Source: Thermoplasmata archaeon (GTDB lineage: Archaea; Thermoplasmatota; Thermoplasmata; UBA10834). Taken from it: 64,000 nt of DNA. The DNA is taken from the NCBI GenBank assembly GCA_041304525.1, contig JBFYNF010000045.1:7479-71478 (forward strand). Direction: 5' to 3'. A model generated the notes under the pieces. It was given only the letters and a program-made list of their open reading frames with translations, searched no databases and was not told where the DNA came from. The position numbers and the translations under genes were made by a program. Every line of letters begins with the position of its first letter. The first letter of the stretch is position 1. Below are positions 1 to 9,566 of the stretch, one piece after another.

Positions 1-1
1 G

Positions 2-415
2 ATGAAGGCCGCCGTGCACTACGGCTGTCACTTCCTGAAGCCGAGCAACATCAAGAAGATCGACGACGCCGAGAGGCCGCACATATTCGACGACATCGTC
101 GAGGCGGCTGGCGTGACGAGCCTGCCATTCAAGGACAAGGGGACTTGCTGCGGCGCGGGCGGAGGCGTCAGGGCGAGGACGCCCGATGTGGCGCTCAAGA
201 TGACCAAGGAGAACCTGACGAACATGAAGGCCGCGGGCGCCGAGGTCATCGTCGACTGCTGCCCGTTCTGCCACCTGCAGTACGACGCCGGACAGGCGCA
301 GCTCAAGGAGTTCGGCATACCGGTGCTGCACCTGTCCCAGCTGCTCGGGATGGCGTTCGGGCTCGACAAGGCGAAGCTTGGGCTAGAGGTCCACCAGACC
401 AAGGTGAACCTGTAA
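2..415 (+). CDS. HdrB-like CCG-domain protein (HdrB/GlcF/SdhE type), 5'-truncated by window edge
   Basis: ORF is open at the window start. It carries Cys-rich CCG-type motifs (KGTCCGAGGG and VDCCPFCHLQYD) typical of heterodisulfide reductase B-like proteins. Confidence 0.6.
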   Translation: MKAAVHYGCHFLKPSNIKKIDDAERPHIFDDIVEAAGVTSLPFKDKGTCCGAGGGVRARTPDVALKMTKENLTNMKAAGAEVIVDCCPFCHLQYDAGQAQLKEFGIPVLHLSQLLGMAFGLDKAKLGLEVHQTKVNL

Positions 416-420
416 ACCAC

Positions 421-711
421 ATGGGGTGTCCGGAAATGCACAACGCTAACCTCGTAGTGATAACCGAGGTGAGGAACGTGCCCCCGGACATCCGACCGTT
501 TGTTTCTTTCAGGGCCGATGTGGAAGAGAGGACGCTCACGGAAGACGAGCTCGTCGCAATCCTGGTCATAGACACGACCACGAGCTACATACCCGTGTTC
601 CTGAAGGACCCGCCCTCTATGGCGGGCCTTGAGGGGATGCTCGCCAAGCAGGACGCGAAGCTCACCTCCGAGGCGAAAGCGGCCCTCTCCAGGCACATCA
701 AGATAAGCTGA
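421..711 (+). CDS. hypothetical protein (96 aa)
   Basis: In-frame ATG at 421 within track ORF 145..711, just after the HdrB-like stop (413-415). The upstream part of the track ORF overlaps the HdrB-like gene out of frame and is discounted. No motif recognised. Confidence 0.35.
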   Translation: MGCPEMHNANLVVITEVRNVPPDIRPFVSFRADVEERTLTEDELVAILVIDTTTSYIPVFLKDPPSMAGLEGMLAKQDAKLTSEAKAALSRHIKIS

Positions 712-763
712 AAAGTTCATTACTGACCACGCGATACACGTGCCGCCCAAGGAGCGGACCGAT

Positions 764-904
764 ATGGCGCGGACGATGTTCAAGTGCTTCACGTGCGGCA
801 GAGTCTACAAGGACGAAGAGAGCGCGGTCAAGTGCCACAACGCCCCCGTCCAACGCATAGTGGAGAACGAGAGGGCGTCGAAGCCCAGGTTCCTGGGCAA
901 CTGA
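764..904 (+). CDS. small zinc-finger-like protein (46 aa), not in ORF track
   Basis: ATG at 764, TGA at 902-904, AAGGAG about 9 nt upstream. Translation is MARTMFKCFTCGRVYKDEESAVKCHNAPVQRIVENERASKPRFLGN. The CxxC-x12-CH spacing resembles a C2H2/C2HC finger. Confidence 0.4.
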   Translation: MARTMFKCFTCGRVYKDEESAVKCHNAPVQRIVENERASKPRFLGN

Positions 905-940
905 CCGTATTTTCTTTCGCCTCATACGGGAGGACGAGAC

Positions 941-2458
941 ATGTCACTGCAGGAGTTGCACAGAGAGGTGGACAGGAAGTGGAGCAGACACCTGGCCGAG
1001 ACCAGGAAGCTGCTCAGGATCCCGAGCGTGTCCATGACCGGCGAGGGCATCGAGGAGTCGGCTGCCGCGGTCGCGGACATGCTCTCGAAGATCGGGGCCA
1101 AGCCAAAGCTCTTCAAGGGCTCCAAGGGGAGCCACCCGCTGGTGACAGGCTATCTCGACGTCGGGGCTGAGAAGACCGGCATCCTGTACGGCATGTACGA
1201 CGTCCAGCCCGTCGGCGACCTGGACGAGTGGGACCACCCTCCGTTCGGCGCGACGATCGTCAAGAGGAAGCCGCACGGCGAGGTGCTGGTCAACAGGGGG
1301 GTATACAACTCCAAGGGTGCGCTCGCGGGCATGCTGCTCGCAGTCAGGACGATGTTGGAGAAGGACGACATGCCGCTGAACTTGCACTTCGTGATAGAGG
1401 GCGAGGAGGAGTGCGGCGGCCTCAGCCTGCCAAGGTACATAATGAAGAACAAGGAGCGATTGTCAAAGGCCGATGTGGCGTTCGGGTTCGATTACAACGA
1501 GAATTCCGATGGCGTGCCCGTGATCTCGCTCGGGCTCAAGGGGGTCGTGTATTTCGACCTCGTAGCGGAGGGGAACGCCGACACGGGCGGCCCGATGAAG
1601 GATGAGATACACAGCGGTGAGGCCTCATGGATCCACAACCCCGCGTGGAGGCTCGTGCAGGCCCTCTCGACGCTCGTCGACGCGGACCAGCGCCCCACGG
1701 TCGACGGACTCTGGGACGATGTCAGAGAGCCGGATGAGGACGACCGTGAGTTGATCAGGAATGTGGCGCCCAGGTTCGATCCCGAGGCGTGCCTCGGTGA
1801 CCTGGGGGTCGCGAGGTTCAAGGGCGAGGGGACGAAGGAGGAGATGATCACGAGGTACCTCTTCGAGCCGTCGCTGAACATCGATGGACTCATATCAGGG
1901 TACACCGACCCGGGCACGAAGACGGTCATCCCCAAGACCGCGACGGCGAAGGTCGATATCAGGACCGTGCCGGACATGACCATCGAGGGGACGAGGGACA
2001 AGGTCATGGCGCACCTGCGCAGGAGGGGCTTCACCGACATCAGGATGCGGACCTACGAGGACTACCCGTGGTCGAAGGTGTCGCCCCGCGAGACCATCTC
2101 CAAGGCCTGCGTCGAGGCGATGAGGTACCACGGCAAGGAGCCGGAGGTGTGGCCTATGATGGCCGGGTCGGCCCCGTTCTACCTGTTCGACCAGGTCCTC
2201 GGGGTCCCCTGGGGGGGCGTCGGCCTCGGGTTCGGAGGCAACGCCCACGCGCCGAACGAATTCGCCGTCGTGAAGGGCATGCGTGAGTTCGAGAAGAGCG
2301 TGATCACCGTCGTGCACGAGTTCGTGGCGCAGTCCGACAAGGACCCGCTGCTCGGAAGGGCCGACCACCCGGTGAGATCTAGGGGTGCTGAACGACGTCC
2401 GAGGCGCACCGATACGGTATGCGAACCGAAAGTACCTTTTTCGAACCGAGACAGATGA
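941..2458 (+). CDS. M20-family (PepV/carnosinase/Dug1-like) metallopeptidase homolog with substituted metal ligands
   Basis: GGGAGGA RBS precedes the ATG at 941. Family motifs are YGMYDVQP...W.HPPF, NRGVYNSKG, IEGEEECGG and GGNAHAPNEF. The canonical His (GHxDVQP) and Asp (DDKG) positions read M and N. Confidence 0.75.
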   Translation: MSLQELHREVDRKWSRHLAETRKLLRIPSVSMTGEGIEESAAAVADMLSKIGAKPKLFKGSKGSHPLVTGYLDVGAEKTGILYGMYDVQPVGDLDEWDHPPFGATIVKRKPHGEVLVNRGVYNSKGALAGMLLAVRTMLEKDDMPLNLHFVIEGEEECGGLSLPRYIMKNKERLSKADVAFGFDYNENSDGVPVISLGLKGVVYFDLVAEGNADTGGPMKDEIHSGEASWIHNPAWRLVQALSTLVDADQRPTVDGLWDDVREPDEDDRELIRNVAPRFDPEACLGDLGVARFKGEGTKEEMITRYLFEPSLNIDGLISGYTDPGTKTVIPKTATAKVDIRTVPDMTIEGTRDKVMAHLRRRGFTDIRMRTYEDYPWSKVSPRETISKACVEAMRYHGKEPEVWPMMAGSAPFYLFDQVLGVPWGGVGLGFGGNAHAPNEFAVVKGMREFEKSVITVVHEFVAQSDKDPLLGRADHPVRSRGAERRPRRTDTVCEPKVPFSNRDR

Positions 2459-2692
2459 CCTCTGCGGGGCGTCCGAACAACCGGAGCGGCGACCGGTCCT
2501 GGCCGTTGCCGGGTATCATCTCATAAGGGCCGGAGCGTTGTCCGAGTCTGTGCAACGCGTGGCCGTCGGCGAACCCATCCAGCATACGCGAACTCACATT
2601 GTTTATATAGCATAAAGTCCAATGCCCGCGCGAAAGGGGGCCAGGGGAGTGCCCATCCGCCACTTTGTCGGATACAAGGGGAGTATAGGGGA

Positions 2693-5600
2693 ATGACGAG
2701 TATGTATATGGGAACATCAAAACGTGTGCTAGCGTTCTTTCTCGCGACTGCATTTTTGTTCATGGCCATCCCGATGGCCGCGGACACGCCTCCACCTGTG
2801 CGGGAGGCAGCGGCTCTCGGAGAGACTTACGTCCAGGTCGGCTACATGAACATGGAGATCTCGTTCTGGAACCCTCTGACCATACAGATGGTCGAGGACT
2901 ACGTGGCGTGCTACCTGATGTACAGCGCCCTTTGGACCTATGACGAGGACTGGGCGGGACCCGTGAGCGACCTCGCCCTCGAATGGGATTCCGAACCTCA
3001 GGCGAACGGATCGATGAATACCTATGTGAGAATCACCGACAACGCTTACTTCAGGAACATGGGCAACCTCGCGGACACGAGCCAGAAGCTCACCGCGTAC
3101 GATGTCTCATGGACATTCAACCTGATTATGAACAACACGGGCTACACCTTCGACTGGTACTTGAGGGACATATACGAGATCGAGGTGTTGAGTGATACCG
3201 AACTCATCATCAAGACGACCTTCGTGAAGGCCACCCTGATAGATGACCTGTCCGGAGTCCCGATCTTGTGCGAGGATTACTGGGGCGACCTGAGCCAGCC
3301 GATGGCGAAGAGCATGGCACCCGAGGCCCAGTATGGGACGGGGCCGTTCGTCTATGAGGACCACGAGGAGGCCAGCTGGTACGCATTCAAGAAGGCGCCC
3401 AACTACTTCGGCGAGATTGAATACGGTGGTGACAGAACCATCGACATAGACGGCATCATGTACCGCATCTATACTGACCCGAGCGGAATCGCGCTTGCCC
3501 TGAACAGCGGCGATGTCGACGCCGTGAACCTCGGAGGGGAAGTGACCACTTACATGGAGGTCCTGGGTGTCGGCACATCCCTCGACATCGATAAATTCGC
3601 TGTCTCGGAGCCAGGTATCTGCGACGTCGCGATTAACGGGATACCCGATTTCTTCGACACGAACACATACTACAACGGCAACCCCATCCTGAGGGACCCG
3701 TTCGTCAGGCAGGCCATCATGATGACGCTCGACAAGACCTACATCGTGGGCACCATCCTCAACGGCCTGGCTACGCCGGCCGCGTCTGTTGTGCAGCCGG
3801 GGGCCTGGCAGGCGGACATCGACGAGTACGCCTTCGACCCTGCAGCAGCCAGGCAAATCCTGATAGACCACGGATACAGCGCTGACGATGATGGTGACAC
3901 ACTCCTGGAGGCCACGAGTTCCTCCATGGCGGTCCAAGAGGGCTGGTGCGACGAGGGTGACGAACTCTCAGGATTCAGATGTGAAGCGCCCGACACCGAC
4001 CAGAACTACTACACCATTGCTCTGAACTGGGTCAATGATGCGTATGAGGCAGGCGTCGGACTGGTGGCTGCCCAGAAGTCCGAGGGCGTAATGACCTCCA
4101 AGGCCTGGTACCTGTCCGACTACGACATATGGGTATGGCACTGGGGCTGGGGACCTGAACCGATCGGCGCCGCACTCACATGCTGGCTGACCGAGGAGAT
4201 CAGGGATGGCGGATACAACTGCCAGGGTCCGATGGGACCATGGTGGGTCCATGGCGAGAGCGCGGACTATGAGGAGAACTACTCCACGAGCCCGTTCGTC
4301 GATGCCGCGATGATCGAAGAGTTCGGCATGGATGAGGAAGGCTTCATCGGCTTCTCCGCGTTCGACCAGAACATATCGATTGCGCAGCAGACCCTTGATG
4401 TGACAGAGAGGAAGGTCATCCTCGACAAGCTGCAGCAGTGGGTTTACGACTCCTACACCGAGAACCCACCGTACTATGACCTTGGACTCTACGGCGTCAG
4501 CACAGCCCACTTCGTCGGCTGGGGCGACTGGGAGGAACACAACGGACGCCCGATGACCTCGGATCTCCTCTGGACCTGGTTCGACCTGATGAACGCGGAC
4601 AACCTGGCGCCTGAGTTCACAAGCGACCTCGACACAGACTACCAGGCGCTGATAAATCAGGACTTCTACGTGACAGTCCAGGTTAAGGACCGAGACGGCG
4701 ACCCGATCACCGTCAACTGCACTTGGGGCGACGGAAGCCTGCCGGAACAGATGCTGCTGACTGGCGACACGACAATCGCTGAGTCGGTCACATTCACGCA
4801 CCAGTATACCACCGTAGCATCGGACCTCGAGCTGATGATTTCGGCCTGGGACGGCTTGCAGAACCACGAAGCCTCGACCAGCGCGCTGGTCGATGTCGTC
4901 ACCATCCTGGACTACGGCCCTGTGATTGTGCCAGGCTCGCTGGTTGGAACGCCGGCATCGCCGGTCTATATCGAGCAGGCAGTCGATTGGACGATTTCCG
5001 CGAGCGACGCCGAGACCGACGAAACGGGTGCGCTCAAGTTCACTTGGGTTTGGGACGACGGCACATACGACGTATCAGAGCAGATCCCGGCCGAACTCGG
5101 AGGCACGGTGACGGACACGCAGACCCACACATGGACCGACATTGGCACCAAGGTGGTGGAGGTATGGGTGTTCGACGGATACCAGGACGACGAGACGAGC
5201 TCGGAGCACAACATCACCGCGACCAAGACCTACACGGTTCTGGAGAACACCGCGCCGTACAGCCTATCGGCATCGGAGATCCTCTGGACGCCTGACACCT
5301 GGGCGACGGTTTCTGGATCCGCGATTGACAACGACCCCGACACGCTAACCTTCACCTGGGAGTGGGACGACGGGACGTTCAACGTGACATCGGTGCTCAA
5401 CGAGGACCCGGGCTCTACCTTGGCCAACTCAGTCAAACACATGTGGGATGCTGATGGCACGTACGACGTCACCCTATGGGTCGACGACGGAAATGACCAC
5501 AACGAGTCCGTATCGGGGACCGTCACGATATCCAGCAACCCCGGGCCGACGGCACTTGCCGTGGTCCAGGAGCCCAACCCCGGATGGGTCGATCAGGAGA

Positions 5601-6601
5601 TCACCTTCACCGCATCCGCGAGCGACGCCAACGGCGACCCGTTGACCATGACGCTCGAGTTCGGAGATGGAACGCTAGCGGTCGACACCACCGAAGGAGG
5701 TTCGACGGAAGCTCAGACCGTGGTCTTCACCCACACATACACGGCCGAGGGACCGTTCTCGGCGACGCTTTATGCAGACGACAGCACGACGAACTCGTCG
5801 TTGCCGTTCTCCGCCAGGGTGTCCGAGAACGCAGCGCCTGATGTCTCGATGCAGTCGTCGTTCGTTGCGGGATTCAACGTCACCTTCGAGATAGCGCCGA
5901 TCGAAGTCTCGGACGATGATGGCGACGTGGTGACGATCTGGTACGACTGGGGAGACGAGACGCCCATGACCATGGGCGACCCTGAGGACTATTACTCGGC
6001 GACGCACGTGTACATGGACATCGGGACATTCACCGTGAAGGTGTATGCGGACGACGGGATGGGGCACAACGACAGCATATCCGTGCCCGTGATGGTCAGC
6101 GAGACCAACCTCAAGCCCACGTTGGCCGACCTGACCTTGACCCCCGAGGCCGACACATACTTTGTCGGCGACGTGATCACCTTCACCGTGAAGGTCAGCG
6201 ACCAGGAGGGAGACAACGTCACAGTGGTGATCGACTTCGACGATGATACGACCGACCAGATGGTCGTCGACACACTGCCCGGCAACGTCAACGCAACGGT
6301 GAACTTCACGCACGCGTTCGAGACGATCGGGGACTACTCGGTAGTCGCGAGCGTCACGGACGGAGAGGACCACTCGGACATGACGCCGCAATCCAGGACC
6401 ACGGATGTGGACATCGTCGGCCAACCGGTCGATACCAACTGGATCCTCATAGGCGGGATACTCCTGCTGATTGTGGCCGTGATCGTGGCCGCGTTCCTGC
6501 TGATGAAGCGGAAGAAGGGAGCTGAGCCCGCCGCCGGCGAGGACGGAATGGAAGGGATGGCCGCCCCGGTGGACCAGTCCCCGCCCCCACCTCTGAACTG
6601 A
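2693..6601 (+). CDS. ABC transporter substrate-binding protein (family 5, peptide/nickel type) fused to six PKD domains and a C-terminal TM anchor
   Basis: N-terminal signal/TM segment, then about 620 aa that look like SBP family 5. Six repeats follow with PKD signatures (WGDGS, WVWDDGT, WEWDDGT, FGDGT, WGDET, FDDDT). The C-terminus has a hydrophobic helix plus KRKKG. Two permease genes follow. Confidence 0.85.
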   Translation: MTSMYMGTSKRVLAFFLATAFLFMAIPMAADTPPPVREAAALGETYVQVGYMNMEISFWNPLTIQMVEDYVACYLMYSALWTYDEDWAGPVSDLALEWDSEPQANGSMNTYVRITDNAYFRNMGNLADTSQKLTAYDVSWTFNLIMNNTGYTFDWYLRDIYEIEVLSDTELIIKTTFVKATLIDDLSGVPILCEDYWGDLSQPMAKSMAPEAQYGTGPFVYEDHEEASWYAFKKAPNYFGEIEYGGDRTIDIDGIMYRIYTDPSGIALALNSGDVDAVNLGGEVTTYMEVLGVGTSLDIDKFAVSEPGICDVAINGIPDFFDTNTYYNGNPILRDPFVRQAIMMTLDKTYIVGTILNGLATPAASVVQPGAWQADIDEYAFDPAAARQILIDHGYSADDDGDTLLEATSSSMAVQEGWCDEGDELSGFRCEAPDTDQNYYTIALNWVNDAYEAGVGLVAAQKSEGVMTSKAWYLSDYDIWVWHWGWGPEPIGAALTCWLTEEIRDGGYNCQGPMGPWWVHGESADYEENYSTSPFVDAAMIEEFGMDEEGFIGFSAFDQNISIAQQTLDVTERKVILDKLQQWVYDSYTENPPYYDLGLYGVSTAHFVGWGDWEEHNGRPMTSDLLWTWFDLMNADNLAPEFTSDLDTDYQALINQDFYVTVQVKDRDGDPITVNCTWGDGSLPEQMLLTGDTTIAESVTFTHQYTTVASDLELMISAWDGLQNHEASTSALVDVVTILDYGPVIVPGSLVGTPASPVYIEQAVDWTISASDAETDETGALKFTWVWDDGTYDVSEQIPAELGGTVTDTQTHTWTDIGTKVVEVWVFDGYQDDETSSEHNITATKTYTVLENTAPYSLSASEILWTPDTWATVSGSAIDNDPDTLTFTWEWDDGTFNVTSVLNEDPGSTLANSVKHMWDADGTYDVTLWVDDGNDHNESVSGTVTISSNPGPTALAVVQEPNPGWVDQEITFTASASDANGDPLTMTLEFGDGTLAVDTTEGGSTEAQTVVFTHTYTAEGPFSATLYADDSTTNSSLPFSARVSENAAPDVSMQSSFVAGFNVTFEIAPIEVSDDDGDVVTIWYDWGDETPMTMGDPEDYYSATHVYMDIGTFTVKVYADDGMGHNDSISVPVMVSETNLKPTLADLTLTPEADTYFVGDVITFTVKVSDQEGDNVTVVIDFDDDTTDQMVVDTLPGNVNATVNFTHAFETIGDYSVVASVTDGEDHSDMTPQSRTTDVDIVGQPVDTNWILIGGILLLIVAVIVAAFLLMKRKKGAEPAAGEDGMEGMAAPVDQSPPPPLN

Positions 6602-6735
6602 CCACGAGGGCACACGGAAAAACCTTGACAAACCACTTACACCCCCTTTTATATGGGGCGTGAGCCAGACGGACAATCAAAACGAATACGAACCAGGTTC
6701 GGAACTGACAGACCATACTACCGGAAGGTGAACTC

Positions 6736-7716
6736 TTGGCTTCATTCAGGCGCGTGCTGTCGAAGCGGGTATTCAACGCATTCGTTACGATATTATTGAT
6801 CATGCTCGTCAACTTCCTCCTCTTCAGGGTCATGCCGTCCGACCCCGCGGACATGATGACCCCGAGGGACCCGACGACGCCTCCGGAGGTGAAGTGGAGG
6901 AACATCGAGGCGTGGGGACTGAACGACTCACTGTATGTGCAGCTCTACAAGTACTTCGTTGGGACGTTAACGGGTGATTGGGGGATATCATTCTGGTACG
7001 AAGACAATGTCGCCAACGTTTTAGGGAGTGCCATCGGCTGGACTATGCTCCTCTTAGGTACCTCGTCCGCGCTCACATTCATAATCGGCATAATCCTCGG
7101 CAAGTACGCCGCCCGCAAGAGGGGTAAACCGGCGGACGTGGCCATCACCTCGTTCGGCCTGTTCTTCTACGGGATGCCGATATTCTGGTTCGGCATCCTG
7201 CTGATGGTGCTATTCGTGAGCATCATACCCCTGTTCCCGAGCGGGCAGTACATTTCGGCAGGCCTCCACCCCGAGCTGACCCTGACATCCATTTCGGACA
7301 TCCTCTGGCACATGGCGCTCCCATGCGCCACGCTCACGATAGGATCCATCGCGGGCATCGTGCTCATACAGAGGAACTCACTCATAGACGTCCTGACGGA
7401 GGAGTACATAGTCACCGCCTACGCAAAGGGGCTGACAGAGGCACAGGTAATGAAGCGCCACGCGACTCCCAACGCCAGGTTGCCGGTTGTGACGACATTG
7501 GCGATGGATACGGCGTTCATCCTGGGAGGCGCGTTCCAGATAGAGGTCGTGTTCAGCTACAAGGGATTGGGGTACGTCACGATCGAAGCGATTGGCAGAC
7601 AGGACTACCCGATTCTCCAGTTCGTGTTCTTCATAGGTGGAGTCGCGGTAGTGATCGCCAACCTGATAGCAGACCTAGTGCTGGTCAAACTCGACCCAAG
7701 GGTGACGATTACCTGA
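6736..7716 (+). CDS. ABC transporter permease (OppB/DppB-like)
   Basis: TTG start with GGAAGGTGA RBS 5 nt upstream. Multi-TM protein with the EAA-type region (TAYAKGL...RHA.PNA) typical of DppB/OppB. Confidence 0.85.
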   Translation: MASFRRVLSKRVFNAFVTILLIMLVNFLLFRVMPSDPADMMTPRDPTTPPEVKWRNIEAWGLNDSLYVQLYKYFVGTLTGDWGISFWYEDNVANVLGSAIGWTMLLLGTSSALTFIIGIILGKYAARKRGKPADVAITSFGLFFYGMPIFWFGILLMVLFVSIIPLFPSGQYISAGLHPELTLTSISDILWHMALPCATLTIGSIAGIVLIQRNSLIDVLTEEYIVTAYAKGLTEAQVMKRHATPNARLPVVTTLAMDTAFILGGAFQIEVVFSYKGLGYVTIEAIGRQDYPILQFVFFIGGVAVVIANLIADLVLVKLDPRVTIT

Positions 7717-7726
7717 TGGTGGTACC

Positions 7727-8659
7727 ATGACGTTCGAGAAGAAGTTCGAATCTGGCACGAGGAGACTCCTGGCATTCAACCCGCTGCTGGCCGACAAAGC
7801 CGGCCTATCGATGAGGAACATCGGGAGGACCACCGACCTCTTCATGGCGACGTGGATGGGAAAGATCGGGACGGGGATACTCGTGTTCTTCCTTGGAATC
7901 GTGGTGTTCACCGAGTTGTTCGTCCCCTACGACCCTGGAGATTTCACGACTGACAAGCTGCTGGACCCGAGTCTCGAGCACCCGTTCGGGACGGACCAGG
8001 TGGGTAGGGACGTCCTCACTAGGACCCTGCACGGCACAAAAGCCTCACTCATGGTGGGCTTCACGGCTATGATCATATCGATGGGGCTCGGGACAATCGT
8101 GGGCCTCGCCTCCGGATACTGGGGAGGGTGGAGGGACGAGGTGATCATGAGAGTCAACGACGTCTTCCTGTCCGTCCCGTGGCTCGTCCTGATGATTGTC
8201 ATCGCATCCATATGGGGCGCCCAGGACCTGACATCGGTCATCGTCGTTATCGGCGTGACAGGGTGGTCTACCACGGCGAGGATCGTGCGGTCGCAGGTAC
8301 TCTCCCTCAAGGCGAGGCAGTTCATCGAGAGGGCGAAGGCGCTCGGCGCGGGCGATTGGCACATCATAAGGAGGCACATATTCCCCAACGTCGTGCCCCT
8401 GATATTCGCCAACGCCATCCTGACCATCGCGATATCGATCCTCTCCGAGAGCACGCTCAGCTTCCTAGGTCTCGGGCCGCAGGACGTGGAGACCTGGGGC
8501 AGGGTGCTGGAGGACGCATACAACAACAACGTCGCCCTCGCTGGCCCGTTCATGTTCATCATCATGCCGGGAATATGCATCGTCGTGGTCGTCCTGGGGT
8601 TCACGTTCATCGGCTACGCGATGGACGAGATCCTGAACCCGAAGCTCAGGAAACGATGA
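7727..8659 (+). CDS. ABC transporter permease (OppC/DppC-like)
   Basis: Contains HPFGTDQVGRDVL and ARALGAG...I.RHI.PN motifs typical of DppC/OppC. It starts 11 nt after the preceding permease. Confidence 0.85.
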   Translation: MTFEKKFESGTRRLLAFNPLLADKAGLSMRNIGRTTDLFMATWMGKIGTGILVFFLGIVVFTELFVPYDPGDFTTDKLLDPSLEHPFGTDQVGRDVLTRTLHGTKASLMVGFTAMIISMGLGTIVGLASGYWGGWRDEVIMRVNDVFLSVPWLVLMIVIASIWGAQDLTSVIVVIGVTGWSTTARIVRSQVLSLKARQFIERAKALGAGDWHIIRRHIFPNVVPLIFANAILTIAISILSESTLSFLGLGPQDVETWGRVLEDAYNNNVALAGPFMFIIMPGICIVVVVLGFTFIGYAMDEILNPKLRKR

Positions 8660-8702
8660 TCCGGGCGTCTGGTCGGCGAAAACCCTTTTCACAAACCACA
8701 GC

Positions 8703-8714
8703 AACCTTTTAATA
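8703..8714 (+). promoter_or_regulatory. BRE/TATA-like promoter for rps3ae
   Basis: AACCTTTTAATA lies about 48 nt upstream of the ATG at 8762. The same AAACC-TTTWWATA pattern recurs upstream of several genes in the window. Confidence 0.35.
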
Positions 8715-8761
8715 CGGCCACCTATTATCGAGCCACCTTATCATCCAACCAGGGGTATCAG

Positions 8762-9529
8762 ATGGCTCAGAAGGCAAGGGCTGCGACAAAGAAGGTCAAG
8801 GACAAATGGCGCGCGAAGCAGTGGTACAACATCCACGCGCCGGACATGTTCAGCAAGATGCAGCTCGGGGAGACCCCATCGGACACGCCTGACCATATAA
8901 TGGGCAGGATAGCCGAGGCGACGGTCCAGGATCTCACGGGCGACTTCTCGAAGATGCACATAAAGCTCAAGTTCAAAGTGACCGACGTGCGGGGTTTCGA
9001 CGCATTCACGCTCTACGACGGACACACCCTGACGAACGACTACGTCAGGAGGCTCACCAGGAGGAAGAGGACCAAGACCGACGCGGTCATCGATGTGACC
9101 ACGAAGGATGGCTGGGAAGTCAGGATAAAGCCCATGGCGGTGTCCGAGCAGCGCATACAGGCGTCCCAGGAGACCGCCATCAGGAACATCATGAAGGAAT
9201 CCGTCCTCAAGGTCGCGTCCGAGTGCACCATAAGCGACCTCGTCCGCAAGATCATCATGGGGGACATGTCCAAAGCGATATCCGACGCGTCGAAGATCAT
9301 CGTACCTGTCAAGAGGATAGAAATCGGCAAGAGCGAGGTCATCAAGGCGGGCAGGCCACCGGAGCCGGACGAGGCCCCGATCGTGGCCCCCGAGGAGCCC
9401 GAGCCAGCACCGGAGCCGGCGCTCGAGGTCGCCCCGGCCGAGGAGAAACAGCCGACGCCTGAGCCGGCCCCTGCGACGAGCAGCGCTCCCGCCGAGGAAG
9501 AGATTCCCCCTGAGGAGAGGGCGCAGTAG
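8762..9529 (+). CDS. rps3ae: 30S ribosomal protein S3Ae (eS1) with Pro/Glu/Ala-rich C-terminal extension
   Basis: N-terminus KKVKDKWRAKQWYNIHAPDMF is characteristic of S3Ae. The last ~60 aa are low-complexity (PEPDEAPIVAPEEPEPAPEP...). Confidence 0.9.
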   Translation: MAQKARAATKKVKDKWRAKQWYNIHAPDMFSKMQLGETPSDTPDHIMGRIAEATVQDLTGDFSKMHIKLKFKVTDVRGFDAFTLYDGHTLTNDYVRRLTRRKRTKTDAVIDVTTKDGWEVRIKPMAVSEQRIQASQETAIRNIMKESVLKVASECTISDLVRKIIMGDMSKAISDASKIIVPVKRIEIGKSEVIKAGRPPEPDEAPIVAPEEPEPAPEPALEVAPAEEKQPTPEPAPATSSAPAEEEIPPEERAQ

Positions 9530-9566
9530 CCCCCAGGGCCGCGCCTGCTCCGAGGGGAGACAACAT

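Noticed and set aside
2459-2692. Possible ncRNA or small ORFs (2385..2615, 2379..2753) in the spacer upstream of the SBP gene
   Set aside because: I found no convincing structure or motif. The spacer holds a TATA-like TTGTTTATATAGC box and an RBS, consistent with an ordinary promoter region.
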